Source: Orbicella franksi
Taxonomy: Eukaryota
Direction of reading: 5' to 3'
Length of the DNA stretch: 64,000 nucleotides
Assembly: GCA_964199315.1 (NCBI GenBank)
Contig: OZ116710.1
Span: 17,670,001 to 17,734,000 of the forward strand
The notes under the pieces are model-generated. The model searched no databases and had not been told where the DNA came from. It saw only the letters and a list, made by a program, of their open reading frames with translations. Position 1 is the stretch's first letter. Every line of letters begins with the position of its first letter. Both the position numbers and the translations under genes were made by a program. Shown here one piece after another: positions 60,501-64,000 of this stretch.

Positions 60501-62041
60501 TGCGCATCCACTCGATTGTGGGAGTTGTCTCATATCAATTGAAAGGTGAAATATTTTTGCTATAAAATTCAAATATATAAAGCCAAAAATTGGAAAATTC
60601 TAAGAGATTTTTAAAAAAGATCTTGACAGACTTAAAAATGTAAGCAAATCAAAAACGTTTTCAGTCTAAAATATACGAAAGGGAAGCACAATGAAAACCA
60701 GCTTTTAGGTGCAGCGACAAAATACTGAAGTTACCAAATTTACTTTTTGAATTTCAGATTCGCGAGAAATGAAATTTGCTACTCATGGCATGAAATATGA
60801 GCGTGATTATCTTTTTTCTCCAAGGCTCTGCATTTGTCTGCGACAAAGTCGAACAACAGTCACATTTCGTTTTCGTACCAAGAAAATTAACAAAGTTCTT
60901 AACATTAAATTAAGAGATGTGTCCCTCACTTGTGACTGACAGCAAAGTAATACGCCTTGCAGACCCATCTTAGTGCATCTGAAATAAGCTACAGTGCCAC
61001 CTTAATTTAGTTATGTCTTAAGGATTACATCTTGGAAAATAACGTCTGGTTCACAACAGAGCGAAACCACGAATAATATAAGTCGGTTATTAATAAGCTA
61101 TATGGATCCCAAAAGCAAACTCGAAATGCATAAACGAAAAAACAACAGCAACTGCCTAAAATTTCTCCAAGATAATTCAGTCTGAATTTCTTCGAGATTG
61201 CTTTGGTCAGATTTACGAAAAAGAGAAAACAGCTTTGCAATTATTTACGAATGCTTGTACACAGAAAAAATGTATTTATTTATTTTCATGCAACTGATTT
61301 AAGATAAAAAAACCAAGCTTTGGAATTGTCTATGAACGTGTGAACACAAAAACAAACCAATTTACATTTTCTCTTCAACCAACTTCAGATAATCATTAGA
61401 AGGTAACACTGAAATTGTTGTTATTCTCCAGATTAAGAAATCTACAGAAACAGCAAATTAAACAAAATTGAGAAAATTAAATTGCATTTCCGACTCAGAT
61501 ATTGAATTTTTAACATAAGTTTAACTAAGAATCAATTATGCAAAAGAAGTTACTTTGAAAAGGTGTCAACACTCACAAATACAAAAGCAGGTCTCGAAAA
61601 ACTTAGAGATCCGTTTAACAGAGTTAATGTTATTTTCCCTTAAGTCTTCACTAAATTTTCAAAAACAGACCATAAAGATATTTTCTAGTTGTACTACCAA
61701 ATTTTTCGAACAGTCAGTTTATTTCAAGTTTGAAATAAAAGCTGGGATCATTATTTAAGGAAATGAAAATCGTGTAAACAGTTTCTCTGAACCAGACGTT
61801 TTTTTCTAAAGATCAATAGACTTAACAGCCAGGTGATTCCAATGTTATTTGTTACACAGATACAGGACTAGAAAAATTGATCAAAATTCGTTTGAATTTA
61901 CGTTTTGCTACAATAATATTCCTGAATCGCATCGTTCGTTAGGGAAAAAAATGTTTATTTTTATTACGGAAATAGTTTATTCTTGCTCGGACTCTCCTTC
62001 TGTGTAACAAATCAAACATTGAGTCAGTGGCTCTGTAGGTG

Positions 62042-62486
62042 TTATGAGGCAAGCTGTAACAGTTTAAACATTGCTTCCAATTTAAAAATTTGGTTTGAAA
62101 CCAACAACTCTTTTTAGCATCGACTTTGCTTTCCTTAAACTGGATTTCCACTGTCGCGTTATGTTACGTACGTTTGCGGGTATGAATTTTACTGACTTTA
62201 CTGGCGTACAATAAAATAGACAGAATATGTAGGCTGATTGCATCTGTGGAAAAAGTTGAATGTGGCTCAACTTTTTTCGCATGTGTAAGCCTTCCATATA
62301 TTTTTTCTATGCTATTGCACGGCTGTAAAGTCAGTAAAATTCACACCCTTTAACTTGCGTAAACTAACTCGACAGTGGAAATCCAGCTTTAGGATGGCCA
62401 AGTCGATGGCAATTTGTTGTGCTTTGGTTCCAAAGAAAATTTTTAAATTGAAAGCAAAGTTTAAACTGTTACAGCTTGCTTTATAA
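62042..62486. repeat. Imperfect ~170-bp-arm inverted repeat (old MITE/foldback)
   Basis: gcaagctgtaacagtttaaac / gtttaaactgttacagcttgc, ctggatttccactgtcg / cgacagtggaaatccag and tttactgactttac / gtaaagtcagtaaa. Confidence 0.7.
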
Positions 62487-63550
62487 ATTCATTTTTGTTT
62501 AACGCACACCATCTCGTATTTCAATTGAACACGAAGAGATTTTACTCGCGGTTAGCAAACGATTGGATATTAATATTTTGAGAATCAAAAGCTTTCGTCT
62601 CTTTTCGCGAAGTCAAAAGTTTGCAAAAAGCTTTTTAAAAATATTAGATGGTGTCCGTTTAACATTTTCGTTGAAATGTTTTAAAGGGAGTCCTTTTGAT
62701 TTTTTTTAAGTGTTCAAAAAATTTCAAGGGGACTCCCGTTAGTTTTTGGTACAAAAAAGTTGTAAGGGGAAACTCTGTGCAAAGTGGTTCAGATTTTCCC
62801 GCCAAAAGTCTTAGTATATAGAGGAGGAAAAACTTGTGAACTTATTTCAATTAAGTCAAACTTATTTTCAATTAACAAATTAAGTGACTTAACGAAACAA
62901 AGAAAGAAACACTTGTATTGATAACGAGACAATAAAGAATTTATTATTCCAATGAAGTGTTTTATTGTTTTGAGTTCAATAAAATGGATATTATGTAATA
63001 AACGACACAAGGAAAAGAACACACTTGAAAATGTACCTTTAATTGCATTTGAAAAGTGAACTTAATTATTAAGTATTTAATAAGTAAGACCATAACTGTC
63101 TGACTACATTATTATTTTTTTTTTTTTTTAAACGGCGCATGCGTATTTTAGGCGCCCGTATTTTTCTAAGTTTTTTGGCGGGAAAATTGAATCAACTGAA
63201 CATAGGTTTACATAGACAAAACTTTTTCCAAATAAAAATGGCGACCACTTCGACAGAAAAATAAACTTTAATGTTCAAGACAAATTTTGATATGTTTACA
63301 ATGTAACTACATTTCCAGCTAGGAAAGTTTTAGAAATGCTTGATTTCTCTTCACGCAAGATAATCAAAATAAAGTTTCTTAATCAACGTTTTCTCGAATA
63401 CTTTGATTTGTAAGACTAGACTGTTGCCCTGAATGCCAAAAAGATTAATTTGTGATATTTTATAATTAATTCTTGTGTTAAACTTGATGCATTTTATTTC
63501 TTAGCGGATTCTATTTTTATTTATTTGGTGGTTGCTAAATATTTACGAAA

Positions 63551-63818
63551 TTAAACGAGCGTGTGTCCGTCGCTCATCGAGAATTCCTCCGCAAAGACTT
63601 GGTCGACAACATTTTGAAAACCGAAAACCTCGAGAAAATAAAAGGCACTATAGATAACGAAGTGAGAATGCTTAGCTTGTTTACCTCAGAAAGAAGCGAC
63701 CTTCTATTACACCCTTACATCTTTGGTCTTTCTCTTGTTGAATTCCAGTCGCCAGATTTCAATCAGGTTTTCTTCTATGTCCGTCAGATTTCTTCCACAT
63801 TCCTCGTCGCTAAACCCA
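63551..63818 (-). CDS. Possible last two exons (63818-63719, 63628-63551) of an unidentified gene entering from the right
   Basis: ttttacag|tGGG..GAT|gtaagg gives a 100-nt exon (GFSDEECGRNLTDIEENLIEIWRLEFNKRKTKD). A polypyrimidine-gag acceptor is followed by VFGFQNVVDQVFAEEFSMSDGHTLV*. No family recognised. Confidence 0.3.
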
Positions 63819-64000
63819 CTGTAAAAGAAACGAAACGAATATTTGATTATTCATGTGAATAAACACCATCGTCTTTTTTAACATAAACTTAGTTGAAGTT
63901 GGCAGGGTTCAAATTCAAAAACCTGGGATCAAGAGAGTTTTAGTTTACTTCTACTGGATCAGAAAGCTTTCAACTAGCCCGGACGCCTTTCCTGTAAGGG

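Overview
AT-rich, intron-containing animal genomic DNA; a cnidarian or stony coral origin is my inference from gene content and repeat style. The window is a tandem segmental duplication with a period of about 27 kb: unit 1 ~660-28600, unit 2 ~28600-54500 and a short third-copy start at ~54500-55690. Each full unit carries an apparently intact three-coding-exon CTHRC1-like gene on the minus strand (signal peptide, 27 Gly-X-Y triplets, C-terminal CTHRC1 domain, GC-AG intron). The two units were invaded independently by transposons, so filled and empty sites can be compared. Unit 1 holds a decayed Crypton (tyrosine recombinase), a 1.8-kb near-perfect TTAA-flanked palindrome, a full-length intact DIRS1-type retrotransposon, a 1-kb TTAA element and an IS3EU-like element with very long inverted arms. 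Unit 2 holds a 4.9-kb Ginger-like DNA transposon whose reconstructed protein fuses a DDE integrase to an OTU deubiquitinase-like domain and an F-box-like motif. Also present are an L1/Tx1 LINE 3' fragment, several MITEs, repeated CCAAT plus splice-donor modules upstream of the CTHRC1-like genes, and a degenerate tRNA-Thr-like sequence. All comparisons were made by eye, and boundaries marked ~ are approximate.
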